Of a DNA stretch of 64,000 nucleotides, positions 10,404 to 19,340 are shown piece by piece. The DNA comes from Candidatus Levyibacteriota bacterium (lineage in GTDB: Bacteria; Patescibacteriota; Microgenomatia; Levybacterales; UBA12049). Under the pieces are notes generated by a model, which saw only the letters and a list, made by a program, of their open reading frames with translations, was not told the DNA's origin and ran no database searches. Location of the stretch: the NCBI GenBank assembly GCA_016214555.1, contig JACROF010000003.1, forward strand, positions 930-64,929, given 5' to 3'. The stretch's first letter is position 1. Every line of letters starts with the position of its first letter. Position numbers and translations under genes: made by a program.

Positions 10404-11516
10404 CTACTTCAAACCTCCAATAATCTTAACTTTATGGAGTAGTGACTCATCCTCAAGCACTTTTCCCGTTCCTCTTGCAACACTTGTTAAAGGATCATCT
10501 GAAAGAATAACGGGCATTTTTGTCCTCTCAACAATTAGCTGATCTATTCCAAGCAAATTTGACCCGCCTCCTGTAACCAAAATTCCTCTCTCCAATATAT
10601 CGCCCAAAAGCTCAGGTGGTGTCTCTTCAATTGCATCTGCTATTCCTTCGACAATCCTTGAAAGTACTGGAGAAAGCGCTTCTCGGATTTCTGAAGCAGT
10701 TACCTTGATACTTCGAGGAAGACCTGTCTCTATATCTCTCCCTCTGACGATCGCAAGTTTTTCTCCTCTTTCTTCAGTAACCTCATCATCCTCTTCTTTG
10801 ATAATTTTCGATGCATTTTTTTTCTTTGAACCTTTTTGATAAGCACTCCCAATTTTTATCTTCACATCCTCTGCTGTCTTTTCACCAAGGAGTAACCCAT
10901 GCCTAAGCCTAACATAATGCAAAATTGCCAAATCCATATCATCACCAGCAAGCTTAAGAGATCTGCTTACTACAATTCCCCCAAGCGAAATGACAGCAAT
11001 CTCAGTTGTACCCCCGCCAATATCGACAACCATAATGCCGGTTGGTGAAGAAATAGAGATATTTTCACCGATAACTGCTGCCATTGGCTCTTCGATAAGA
11101 AATGCTTCTCGTGCGCCAGCGCTTAATGCTGCCTCCCAGACAGCACGTCTTTGCACTTCAGTAACTGATGACGGAATCCCAATGACCACTCGAGGCCTTG
11201 CTAAAAAAGTCTGAATCGGTCCTCCCATCTGATGAACCTGCTTAATATAGTGCTCAATCATTGCCTCAGTTGCATCAAAATCAGCAATGATTCCACCCTT
11301 CAAAGGTCTTACAGTAACGATAGTCTTAGGTGTTTTTCCAACCATTCTTTTTGCTTCACTTCCTATAGCAATCAATTGCTTTGATTTTTTATGAATAGCA
11401 ACCACTGAAGGCTCACGAATAACAATTCCCTTTCCTTTTACAAAAATGAGGGTATTAGCGGTACCAAGATCAATCCCAATATCATGGCTAAAATATGAAA
11501 AAAGTCTCCCAAGCAT
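10404..11516 (-). CDS. mreB: Rod shape-determining protein MreB (actin-like ATPase)
   Basis: IGIDLGTANTLIF, VVDIGGGTTEIAV and LVTGGGSNL. Also carries a roughly 20-aa K/E-rich insertion relative to canonical MreB. Confidence 0.9.
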   Translation of the reverse strand: MLGRLFSYFSHDIGIDLGTANTLIFVKGKGIVIREPSVVAIHKKSKQLIAIGSEAKRMVGKTPKTIVTVRPLKGGIIADFDATEAMIEHYIKQVHQMGGPIQTFLARPRVVIGIPSSVTEVQRRAVWEAALSAGAREAFLIEEPMAAVIGENISISSPTGIMVVDIGGGTTEIAVISLGGIVVSRSLKLAGDDMDLAILHYVRLRHGLLLGEKTAEDVKIKIGSAYQKGSKKKNASKIIKEEDDEVTEERGEKLAIVRGRDIETGLPRSIKVTASEIREALSPVLSRIVEGIADAIEETPPELLGDILERGILVTGGGSNLLGIDQLIVERTKMPVILSDDPLTSVARGTGKVLEDESLLHKVKIIGGLK

Positions 11517-11595
11517 TGCCTCTATTCTAGCAGGATCAAAAATCCTTTTCTATGGATCAAAAAACGATAATAACCCTTGAGGCATTTTTTTTTGT

Positions 11596-13845
11596 TTGTT
11601 ACAATCATCAGATATGAACGGTATGGTTGCCTTTTGTGATAGAGTTATTAGATATTCTTTTTACAGCCTCTTCTTCTTTGTCCCACTCTTTTTCACCAGT
11701 AATACCTCAGAGCTTTTTGAACTTAATAAAATGTGGCTTACTTGGGGACTCACTACCATTATAGCTGCATCATGGATAATCAAAATGATTGTTCAAAGAA
11801 AAATTTCCATCCAGAGAACTCCCCTCGACATCCCAATTCTTCTTTTCTTACTCTCACAAGCTATCTCAACTATTATCTCGCTTGATTCTCGCGTCTCATT
11901 TTGGGGATACTACTCAAGATTTAATGGCGGCCTCTTGTCTTTTATCAGCTATACCATTCTTTACTACGCTTTCGTCTCAAATGATATGGAAAAACATCTC
12001 AAAAAAGTCTTTTATGCAACACTCTCATCGCTACTTATTGTTGCATTATGGGGTCTTCCTTCACATTTTGGGTATGATCCGACGTGTCTTATATTTAGAG
12101 GGACTCTTGATACCTCATGTTGGACCGAGGGATTCAAGCCTACTGTTCGCATTTTCTCATCACTTGGACAGCCAGCTTGGATGACTGCATATCTTGCAGC
12201 ATTATTGCCAATAGTTGTTGGCATATGGGTTGGTATCTGTGAAAAAATAAACGGTCCTTTCTCTATCCAAAAACTTAAGAACTGGAAAGTACTATCTCTT
12301 CTTGTCTTCATCATTGTTTTGTATTTTGATCTTCTTTTTGCTAATACAAGAGGAGGTTTTCTTGCATTCTGGGCTGCAAATGGTATTTTTTGGTTAAGTC
12401 TTTTCTTCCTTAAAGTCTTTCCAGTCAAAAAACTTGTTACGTATCTTGTTGTTGTTAACTTTTTCTTTTTCTTTGCAAATTTTCTTATCGGAACCCCTGT
12501 TGGTCAACTCAACAAACTTACTATGAGAAGCTTTCAGTCTCCATCCAAACCAGCGACAACGCAATCACCCTCTACTCCCACACCAACACCAGTTGCACAA
12601 CCAGAAACGCCAATCCAAACAGGCATTACTGATTCTGCTGATATTCGTGTACTAGTCTGGAAAGGGGCTGTTGATATTTGGAAAAGCCAACCTCTTTTTG
12701 GCTCAGGAGCAGAAACATTTGCGTATGCATACTATCAACATCGTCCTGCTACACATAACATGACGTCAGAGTGGGACTATTTATACAACAAAGCCCACAA
12801 TGAATACCTCAACTACCTAGCAACAACAGGAGCTGTTGGGCTCTTGACTCACCTCTCAATACTTGGAGTATTTATCTATCTATGGATAAGATATCTCCTA
12901 AGCATGAGAGGCATTAAAGAAAAACACAACAATCTTTCAGACCTTCTTCTCGCATGTGCGCTACCTGCTGGATTTGTAAGTATTATTATCTCTAATTTCT
13001 TTGGATTTTCTGTTGTTATCATGAATATTTTTCTTTACTTTTTTCCACTATGGTTTTTTATGCTCACAAACAAAATCCGCTACGACAAAACTCTCTCCCT
13101 ATCATTTCAAGCTGTTGGAAAATATGTTTCGATAAATCCCTATCAGTGGACAGGAATTATAGGAATTTTCTTTATTGCAATCTGTCTTTTGTACCAACTT
13201 GTTATGTTTTGGCAGGCAGATGTAGCCTATGCACTAGGATACAATTATGACCGAGCACAAAGCTATCAAAATGCTTACACATATCTTGCTAAGGCAGTTC
13301 AGATGAGATCTGCAGAGCCAGTTTTTAAAGACGAATTTGCTCTTAATTTAGCAACGCTCGCAACAGCTTTTGTGCAAAACAATGATGCATCAACAGGTGC
13401 TCAGCTAGCTGAACAAGCAATAACACTCACCAAAGATGTAACTGAAAAACATCCTAATAACGTGGTTTTCTGGAAAACTAGAGTTCGGGTTTATTACCTT
13501 CTTGCTCAAGTTGATAACAAATACTATCAGGATGCTCTCAACTCAATACTTAGTGCTCAAAAATTAGCCCCAACAGATGCAAAAATCTCCTACAATGTTG
13601 GAGTTTTGTATGGCCAAAATGGCATATTTGACAAAGGCATTACAGAATTGACCCATACCATAACGCTTAAGCCAAATTATCGTGATGCGTATTTCGCAAG
13701 AGCTCTTTTTTATAAAGAACTAGCAGCAAGATCTGGAGGCGTTGACAAAACAAATTTTGAACAAAAAGCAAAAGACGATCTCAACTATATTATAAAAAAT
13801 ATTAACCCCAATGACGCTGATACGCTAAAGGCTTTATCAGGTTGA
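11596..13845 (+). CDS. O-antigen ligase (Wzy_C)-like polytopic membrane protein with C-terminal TPR repeats
   Basis: At least ten TM segments, a P/T-rich linker, and C-terminal TPR-like repeats (AYALGYNY, AYFARALFY). The start is uncertain. Confidence 0.55.
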   Translation: MLQSSDMNGMVAFCDRVIRYSFYSLFFFVPLFFTSNTSELFELNKMWLTWGLTTIIAASWIIKMIVQRKISIQRTPLDIPILLFLLSQAISTIISLDSRVSFWGYYSRFNGGLLSFISYTILYYAFVSNDMEKHLKKVFYATLSSLLIVALWGLPSHFGYDPTCLIFRGTLDTSCWTEGFKPTVRIFSSLGQPAWMTAYLAALLPIVVGIWVGICEKINGPFSIQKLKNWKVLSLLVFIIVLYFDLLFANTRGGFLAFWAANGIFWLSLFFLKVFPVKKLVTYLVVVNFFFFFANFLIGTPVGQLNKLTMRSFQSPSKPATTQSPSTPTPTPVAQPETPIQTGITDSADIRVLVWKGAVDIWKSQPLFGSGAETFAYAYYQHRPATHNMTSEWDYLYNKAHNEYLNYLATTGAVGLLTHLSILGVFIYLWIRYLLSMRGIKEKHNNLSDLLLACALPAGFVSIIISNFFGFSVVIMNIFLYFFPLWFFMLTNKIRYDKTLSLSFQAVGKYVSINPYQWTGIIGIFFIAICLLYQLVMFWQADVAYALGYNYDRAQSYQNAYTYLAKAVQMRSAEPVFKDEFALNLATLATAFVQNNDASTGAQLAEQAITLTKDVTEKHPNNVVFWKTRVRVYYLLAQVDNKYYQDALNSILSAQKLAPTDAKISYNVGVLYGQNGIFDKGITELTHTITLKPNYRDAYFARALFYKELAARSGGVDKTNFEQKAKDDLNYIIKNINPNDADTLKALSG

Positions 13846-13900
13846 ATCATAAGAGATTGTCAGTTTCACTTTTTTTCAGTATAATGCCAAACTTAATACT

Positions 13901-14476
13901 ATGTTGACAATCGTCCAAGCACCAAATCCTGTTCTTTCTTCCATTGCAAAAAAGGTTACAAGAGTAGATAAAAATATCTCCTCTTTGATAATTGAGATGG
14001 AAAAAGCACTCAGCAGCGCCAAAGATCCTGAAGGTGTTGGACTCGCTGCTCCTCAAATTGGAAAGTCTCTTCAAATCTTTATTATCAAAGAGTCAAAAAA
14101 TGATCCTCTTCTCACATGTATTAATCCCGTTCTCAGCATCCCCAAAGAACAGAAATTAAGTGATGATGTTGAGAAAAAAGTAAAAACAAAAAAAACTAAA
14201 GAAAACAAAGAAGTAAAATTGGAAGGCTGTCTCTCTCTTCAAGATGTATGGGGAATTGTTAAAAGATATCCTGAAGTTGATCTAACCTACATGGATGAAA
14301 ATGGAGTTGAACAAACCAAACATTTTGATGGATTTTTAGCTACAATTATTCAACACGAATATGACCATCTCCAGGGAATTCTTTTCCCAAGACGCGTTCT
14401 TGAGCAAAAAGGACAATTATATAAATCAGTGAAGAATAAAAAGGGAGAGACGGAATTTGAAGAATTAGTCGTCTAG
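13901..14476 (+). CDS. def: Peptide deformylase
   Basis: All three peptide deformylase motifs are present: GVGLAAPQIG, EGCLS and HEYDHLQG. Confidence 0.85.
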   Translation: MLTIVQAPNPVLSSIAKKVTRVDKNISSLIIEMEKALSSAKDPEGVGLAAPQIGKSLQIFIIKESKNDPLLTCINPVLSIPKEQKLSDDVEKKVKTKKTKENKEVKLEGCLSLQDVWGIVKRYPEVDLTYMDENGVEQTKHFDGFLATIIQHEYDHLQGILFPRRVLEQKGQLYKSVKNKKGETEFEELVV

Positions 14477-14642
14477 AGGATTTACCTGTGGCTCATTCTG
14501 TCCACTCTGAAATTCACCCATGGGAATAGCATCAATCTCTCTACGCGCACGCTCAATCATCTCATGTAATATTACATTCTGATCCGATGTAGATGGTTTT
14601 TCTTCAATTGGTTGTCCTGGTACTGATCTTCTTTGTTCCATA

Positions 14643-15671
14643 TTAGAAAGCTTGTAAACGAATGATACCCTGAAGTAAGGTATTTGGCAAGCTTTTATCA
14701 GTAAAAGTAGCAAATCGTTGAAGCTCAGCTTTTGGTGACGTTCCTTCTGGTGGTTCTCTAAAAGCACGAAGATAGCCAGGGGCAGTAGGAATCATTACCA
14801 ATCCCCTCCTCCAATCTCTTTCAGGGGAACAATAATCTATTACACCCCTCAGGCTATTAGGCAAGTTGCCCCACTGAACTTGTTTAGGTCTTCTGTCACG
14901 ATTAGCATGGACTGAAACATGCCTTCTGAGTTCTTTTCTATCATCGTCCTCAAATCCACCTTCATCTGCAAGTCTGCCTTTAACATCAAGGAGATACACT
15001 TGACCGTGCTTTGCTGCAACAAGATCCACACCCGATCGTACATCCCAATCAAGAACTTCCTGGGTCATACCAAAATCATTTGGCTCTTCGGCATAGTTAG
15101 GCAAAATAACGGTATAGCCATTCTCAGTTAATACTTTAGCAACTGCTAACTCACTTTTCACTCCTGACCAAAAATTATGAAGACTCGATGAATATGCAAC
15201 CTGACTTCTCTCAAATAAATCATGATGCATTTTTAATATTTTATACATATTGTCAGAAAATGCAGGATCTGCACCCTCAGTTGCTCCATAAAAAAGATTG
15301 TGTGCTAAATTGTGCTGAATTCTAGCACTTGCCTCTTTTCCTAACTCGCCAGGCTTTACTCGATCAGAAAAAGTATCGAAATCAAGTCGAAATGGCCCAC
15401 CTAATAAATCTCCGTATCGATCACATACATGCTCCGGAACTTTTCCTACTAGCAATCTTTTCATGTCCGAAACGAGACCATCATATACAGCATTAACTTT
15501 TCCCCAATAAAAATCAGGCTTTCTATACTCCATATCAATCATCTCTCGAACTGAAGGATCTGGGGAAGGAAGTGTACGAACAGGAATTCTTGATACAAGT
15601 TTATTTCCCGGAGGGGATCTGTGAATATGTGCATCAACTGGGATAAGATCTGACATATATCTACTATACAT
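14643..15671 (-). CDS. Mrr-like (PD-(D/E)xK) restriction endonuclease-domain protein
   Basis: The central region SELAVAKVLTENGYTVILP...SGVDLVAAKHGQVYLLDVKGR resembles the Mrr catalytic core (G-Y-V...DGGIDI-A-K...VQCK). GC is elevated (about 50%) and the gene lies antisense between def and fmt. Confidence 0.4.
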   Translation of the reverse strand: MYSRYMSDLIPVDAHIHRSPPGNKLVSRIPVRTLPSPDPSVREMIDMEYRKPDFYWGKVNAVYDGLVSDMKRLLVGKVPEHVCDRYGDLLGGPFRLDFDTFSDRVKPGELGKEASARIQHNLAHNLFYGATEGADPAFSDNMYKILKMHHDLFERSQVAYSSSLHNFWSGVKSELAVAKVLTENGYTVILPNYAEEPNDFGMTQEVLDWDVRSGVDLVAAKHGQVYLLDVKGRLADEGGFEDDDRKELRRHVSVHANRDRRPKQVQWGNLPNSLRGVIDYCSPERDWRRGLVMIPTAPGYLRAFREPPEGTSPKAELQRFATFTDKSLPNTLLQGIIRLQAF

Positions 15672-15692
15672 AAATGCCTACTGTGATACAAT

Positions 15693-16586
15693 TTGTCCAT
15701 AATGAACCTAAAAATTGTCTTTTTTGGTACTCCTACTTTTGTTATTCCTATTTTGGAAAACCTCAGCAAACATGTTGAAATCGTAGGAGTTATCACAACC
15801 CCTGATTCACCACAAGGAAGACATCACGTCCTCACGCCAACGCCTGTTAAACAATTTGCCACTACAACCTTTCCCCCTATTCCAATCCTTACTCCGGAAA
15901 AACTTGATAACGAAACAAAACAGATCCTTGAAGATATCAAACCCGATATCTTTGTGGTTGCAGCATACGGAAAAATTATCCCTCAAAGTATTCTTGATAT
16001 TCCAAAATATGGAAGTATCAATATCCATCCATCGCTCCTCCCAAAATATCGAGGCAGCTCACCTATTCAGACAATGTTACTTCATGGAGACAAAGAAAGT
16101 GGCGTCACCATCATGCTTATGGATGAAAAAATGGATCACGGCCCAATACTTAAGCAATGGACAGTGCCAGTTTCAAACGATCAGACATTTGAAAGTCTTC
16201 ACCAGAGTATGTTTAAGGATGCTGCTGACCAACTTCCTCAAGTCATACATGATTTTGTAGAAAAAAAACTTACTCCTATTCCTCAAAACGATAACGATGC
16301 AACTTACTGTGAGAAAACGACGAAAGAAAGTGGATATTTTGATAGTGCCAATCCTCCAATGCCGGATGTCTTAGATCGCATGATCAGAGCATTTTACCCT
16401 TGGCCCAGCGTATGGACGAGACTCACAATGCCAAACGGAAGTAAGCAAATTATTAAATTTTATCCTGAAAAACGAATACAAGTTGAGGGGAAAAAGATAG
16501 TGACAATCGAGGAATTTCTTAACGGATACCCAAAGCTTAGGCAGCAACTGGAGCAACTTCTCCCTGAGGGTCTACTTTCTCATTAG
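15693..16586 (+). CDS. fmt: Methionyl-tRNA formyltransferase
   Basis: IVFFGTP, VVAAYGKIIP and NIHPSLLPKYRG. Confidence 0.85.
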   Translation: MSIMNLKIVFFGTPTFVIPILENLSKHVEIVGVITTPDSPQGRHHVLTPTPVKQFATTTFPPIPILTPEKLDNETKQILEDIKPDIFVVAAYGKIIPQSILDIPKYGSINIHPSLLPKYRGSSPIQTMLLHGDKESGVTIMLMDEKMDHGPILKQWTVPVSNDQTFESLHQSMFKDAADQLPQVIHDFVEKKLTPIPQNDNDATYCEKTTKESGYFDSANPPMPDVLDRMIRAFYPWPSVWTRLTMPNGSKQIIKFYPEKRIQVEGKKIVTIEEFLNGYPKLRQQLEQLLPEGLLSH

Positions 16587-16794
16587 CTGCGGCCACAACT
16601 TTTTTGTACATACGAAGACACTTTGTGCAAAGTTTTACTCTTTGAGTAGCTCCATCAACTACAATTTTTGCACTATGAAGATTTGGCCTGAAAACACGAG
16701 GTGTTCGACGCTTTGAATGAGAAACATTGTGTCCATACTGGACTCCCTTGTGACAAATTGTACACTGCATTGCCATATTTATCTCCATGACCAT
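16537..16794 (-). CDS. rpmB: Ribosomal protein L28
   Basis: CTICHKGVQYGHNVSHSKRRTPRVFRPNLH matches the L28 core. The likely start is the internal Met (MQC), and the C-terminal extension overlaps the fmt 3' end. Confidence 0.65.
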   Translation of the reverse strand: MVMEINMAMQCTICHKGVQYGHNVSHSKRRTPRVFRPNLHSAKIVVDGATQRVKLCTKCLRMYKKVVAAANEKVDPQGEVAPVAA

Positions 16795-16955
16795 AAAACT
16801 TCTGGTCTTGAATTGCTAGTATACTAAAAATCAGCTACAATTACAATAACAATATCTAAAATCTGAGAACTCAAATCACAAATCTAAAACAAAAAATCCT
16901 AAAGTCAAACTCGGTGGTTTTGAGATTTCCCATTTAAGATGTAACATTTTTTATT

Positions 16956-17603
16956 ATGGATTCACTTTTTTCTCCCATTGGCATAGCTACTATTGGCATA
17001 CTTGTTTATTCAGCAATTCTTCATGAAATTGCTCACGGGTATGTAGCGGGTAAATTAGGTGACCCCACAGCAAGACTACTTGGGAGGCTGACTCTTGATC
17101 CACGTCCCCATATAGACCCTTTTTTAAGTCTTATTCTTCCCCTTTTGCTTTTTCTCTCAAATACTGGAATAATTTTTGGAGGAGCAAAGCCAGTCCCTGT
17201 TGATTCATTTAATCTCAAAGATGGGAGAAAAGATATCGCTCTCGTATCTCTGGCTGGCCCTGCAACCAATATTGCTCTCGTCATTGTTGCAACAATACTT
17301 TTTAAACTTCTTAATGGAAATTATCAAGGAAACCTAGGAATCCTTGTCATTTTCCTGGGTCTTATTATTAAAGTCAATCTTTCACTCGCCATTTTTAACC
17401 TCCTGCCAATTCCTCCTCTTGATGGATCAAAAATTTTTGCACTTATCCTTCCTGAAAAAATAGCTGATTCTTACCTATCACTTAGCTCAATTGGAACGTT
17501 GCTTCTTCTTGTCTTCCTCATGTTCCCAATTGGTGGATTTTCTCTTATGTCACTAGTGAGCGTTGTCTATACTTTTTGCCTTCATATGCTCGGCCTTGTA
17601 TAA
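16956..17603 (+). CDS. Site-2 protease (peptidase M50)-family membrane metalloprotease
   Basis: HEIAHG (HExxH) in the first TM segment; polytopic membrane protein. Confidence 0.6.
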   Translation: MDSLFSPIGIATIGILVYSAILHEIAHGYVAGKLGDPTARLLGRLTLDPRPHIDPFLSLILPLLLFLSNTGIIFGGAKPVPVDSFNLKDGRKDIALVSLAGPATNIALVIVATILFKLLNGNYQGNLGILVIFLGLIIKVNLSLAIFNLLPIPPLDGSKIFALILPEKIADSYLSLSSIGTLLLLVFLMFPIGGFSLMSLVSVVYTFCLHMLGLV

Positions 17604-18041
17604 AGTTTTACTCTAGATAAAAACAATCAAAAATACTTTAGACAGAGCTTGGACTGATCTAGTAATAAATACCGCGATTTTCACGAGTAACGACTATACA
17701 CCTTGACACCACTATGGGAGAAACCTATACTGATCCAGCTCTTTGATACTTGAGTTGGTTGCATTTAATTTTTTCTACAAACCATTTAATTGAGGTAGTC
17801 CGATGGACATCGGACAACAAGGCGGTTTTCTTTATTCTCAAAAGATAAAGATAGCCTCCCTAATTTACACTTCGAGAAAAATGAGCAACCGTTAGCTCGG
17901 TATTCAAGGAGCAGAATTTATCTCCCATATTTTACAAACATACCTTCATTGATCTTATAGGTTGCTTTTGTTATACTCTTCTTCGATTGACCCAAAGTCA
18001 GTCGTGTACCTTAACGTTTCATCGCTCGGGAGGAGAATATC

Positions 18042-18473
18042 ATGAAAGCAGCACTTGAAAAGTTTCAGAAGAACGGATCGAGTCTTCTTTTTGTAGAATT
18101 GCTCTATATCTTTGATTTCTTTCCCTTCGATCCCGAGAGACCATACAGGGCGATTTTTTATGATCAAAGCAGCAACAGTCTTGAGCGAATCACTGGAATT
18201 TCCCGTGAAGAACTTTCAGAGATCATCGTCAACGATGGCTTTTATGAATCACCCAATTCCCATTCACCCAATTTATGGATCAATCTCCGCGCTCCATTTA
18301 TCGTAGGAAGCGAGATGCGTGATCCCATAACTGAGAAGGTAGTAATCTCTTTCTTTCAGGGATTTGGCCACCGAAATGGACTTGTAATTGAACCAAGCGG
18401 CATCCCTGATCCACGTGAGTTTCACGCAAAAATTAGTCAGGCCAGGGATAAGTGGCAAGGAATTATTACGTGA
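18042..18473 (+). CDS. Hypothetical protein
   Basis: ORF with a GGAGAA RBS-like element upstream, followed by a terminator at 18493..18522. Confidence 0.4.
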   Translation: MKAALEKFQKNGSSLLFVELLYIFDFFPFDPERPYRAIFYDQSSNSLERITGISREELSEIIVNDGFYESPNSHSPNLWINLRAPFIVGSEMRDPITEKVVISFFQGFGHRNGLVIEPSGIPDPREFHAKISQARDKWQGIIT

Positions 18474-18492
18474 GTGATATGAACATTTTTTC

Positions 18493-18522
18493 GGGGGAGA
18501 AATCATTCTCCCCCATTTTTTT
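18493..18522 (+). terminator. Rho-independent terminator
   Basis: Stem GGGGGAGAA/TTCTCCCCC with an ATCA loop, followed by T7. Confidence 0.7.
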
Positions 18523-18534
18523 ACTCGTTAGCCC

Positions 18535-18564
18535 TTGCTCGTAGGATCGCTTCTCTGCTAAAAT
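18535..18564 (+). promoter_or_regulatory. Candidate sigma70 promoter for the tRNA cluster
   Basis: TTGCTC - 18 nt - TAAAAT, about 17 nt upstream of the first tRNA. Confidence 0.4.
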
Positions 18565-18614
18565 GAAGCTCTAAACTTTAGCCGACTTAGCTCAGTGGTA
18601 GAGCAGTTGTTTTG

Positions 18615-18718
18615 CCTGCCCGCCAGATGCCGAGATAGCTCAGTGGTAGAGCAGTTGTTTTGTAAACATCAGGTCCGGGGTTCAAATCCCCGTCTCGGCT
18701 CCAGACATGGCAGGCGGG
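18615..18718 (+). other. Intervening element inside tRNA-Thr: 14-nt and 15-nt GC-rich complementary arms flanking a complete tRNA
   Basis: CCTGCCCGCCAGAT and GACATGGCAGGCGGG form a roughly 11-bp helix with one mismatch, abutting anticodon-loop positions 35 and 36. Confidence 0.55.
18629..18703 (+). tRNA. tRNA-Thr(UGU), complete copy nested inside the split tRNA-Thr
   Basis: Acceptor GCCGAGA/TCTCGGC, D arm identical to the outer gene, anticodon loop UUUGUAA, T arm CGGGG/CCCCG, CCA encoded. Confidence 0.75.
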
Positions 18719-18760
18719 TAAACATCAGGTCGTCGGTTCAAATCCGACAGTCGGCTCCAG

Positions 18761-18847
18761 GCTGGGGTGGCAGAGTAGCAATTGCACGTGGCTGTAGACC
18801 ACGCGGTCGAAAGGCCTCCGGGGGTGCAAGTCCCTCCTCCAGCACCA
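18761..18847 (+). tRNA. tRNA-Tyr(GUA), type II with a long variable arm
   Basis: Acceptor GCTGGGG/CTCCAGC, anticodon stem CGTGG/CCACG with loop CUGUAGA, variable-arm stem GGTC/GGCC, CCA encoded. The T loop is the non-canonical TGCAAGT. Confidence 0.7.
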
Positions 18848-19035
18848 CGTCAGATTTTTGATATCTGCTTTCGTTCCGATTTAGTCGGGACTTCAGCTTT
18901 CTATCAAATCTTCCTTGTCAAATTTCAAACAAATTTGATGTGCTCAAAATCCAAAGGATTTTGAAGAGGAGAAACCGACGATAGGTTGAAATCCGAAAAA
19001 AGTTCGGATGAAAACAAGAAGTCGAGCTTCGACGA

Positions 19036-19107
19036 GCCCAAATGGCTCAGTGGTAGAGCGAGTTCTTGGTAAGAACTAGGTCGCGGGTCCGATTCCCGCT
19101 TTGGGCT
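19036..19107 (+). tRNA. tRNA-Thr(GGU)
   Basis: Acceptor GCCCAAA/TTTGGGC, anticodon stem AGTTC/GAACT with loop UUGGUAA, T arm GCGGG-TCCGATT-CCCGC. Confidence 0.8.
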
Positions 19108-19115
19108 CAGAGATC

Positions 19116-19144
19116 TTTTATTTCTGCTTCAAATCGTGTATACT
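19116..19144 (+). promoter_or_regulatory. Candidate extended -10 promoter for rpmG
   Basis: TGTATACT (TGnTATAcT) at 19137..19144, with an AGGAG RBS at 19152..19156. Confidence 0.35.
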
Positions 19145-19163
19145 ATCGCTCTAGGAGTTTTTT

Positions 19164-19340
19164 ATGCCAAAAAAAGGAGAACATCGCATCATTATTGGAC
19201 TCGTTTGTTCGGTTTGCAAAAACCGCAATTACGTCTCGCAAAAAAACAAGCTTGAGACTCCAGACAAGCTAAAACTTAACAAATTCTGCAAACACTGTCA
19301 AAAGGTAACAGAGCACAAAGAAAACGAGAAACTCAAATAA
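19164..19340 (+). CDS. rpmG: Ribosomal protein L33 (58 aa; below the ORF-track length cutoff)
   Basis: The translation [58 protein letters not shown] has the L33 zinc-ribbon pattern. Confidence 0.85.
   Translation: MPKKGEHRIIIGLVCSVCKNRNYVSQKNKLETPDKLKLNKFCKHCQKVTEHKENEKLK

Larger units (their letters stand above)
18581..18759 (+). tRNA. tRNA-Thr(UGU), split in the anticodon loop by a 104-nt intervening element (18615..18718)
   Basis: The 5' half runs 18581..18614 (GCCGACT acceptor, D arm, GTTGT stem, UUUG). The 3' half runs 18719..18756 (UAA, ACATC, T arm GTCGG/CCGAC, acceptor AGTCGGC, discriminator U), followed by encoded CCA. Joined, the halves give a perfect 72-nt cloverleaf with anticodon UGU. 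Confidence 0.6.

Noticed and set aside
18595-18964. ORF-track ORFs 18595..18861 and 18782..18964.
   Set aside because: They run across the tRNA genes and their spacers. They are spurious.
18848-19035. Looked for a tRNA-Gly between tRNA-Tyr and tRNA-Thr(GGU), as in the E. coli thrU-tyrU-glyT-thrT arrangement, and for tuf after the tRNAs.
   Set aside because: No cloverleaf is present; there are only two small hairpins. No EF-Tu ORF is present. Both are absent from this locus.
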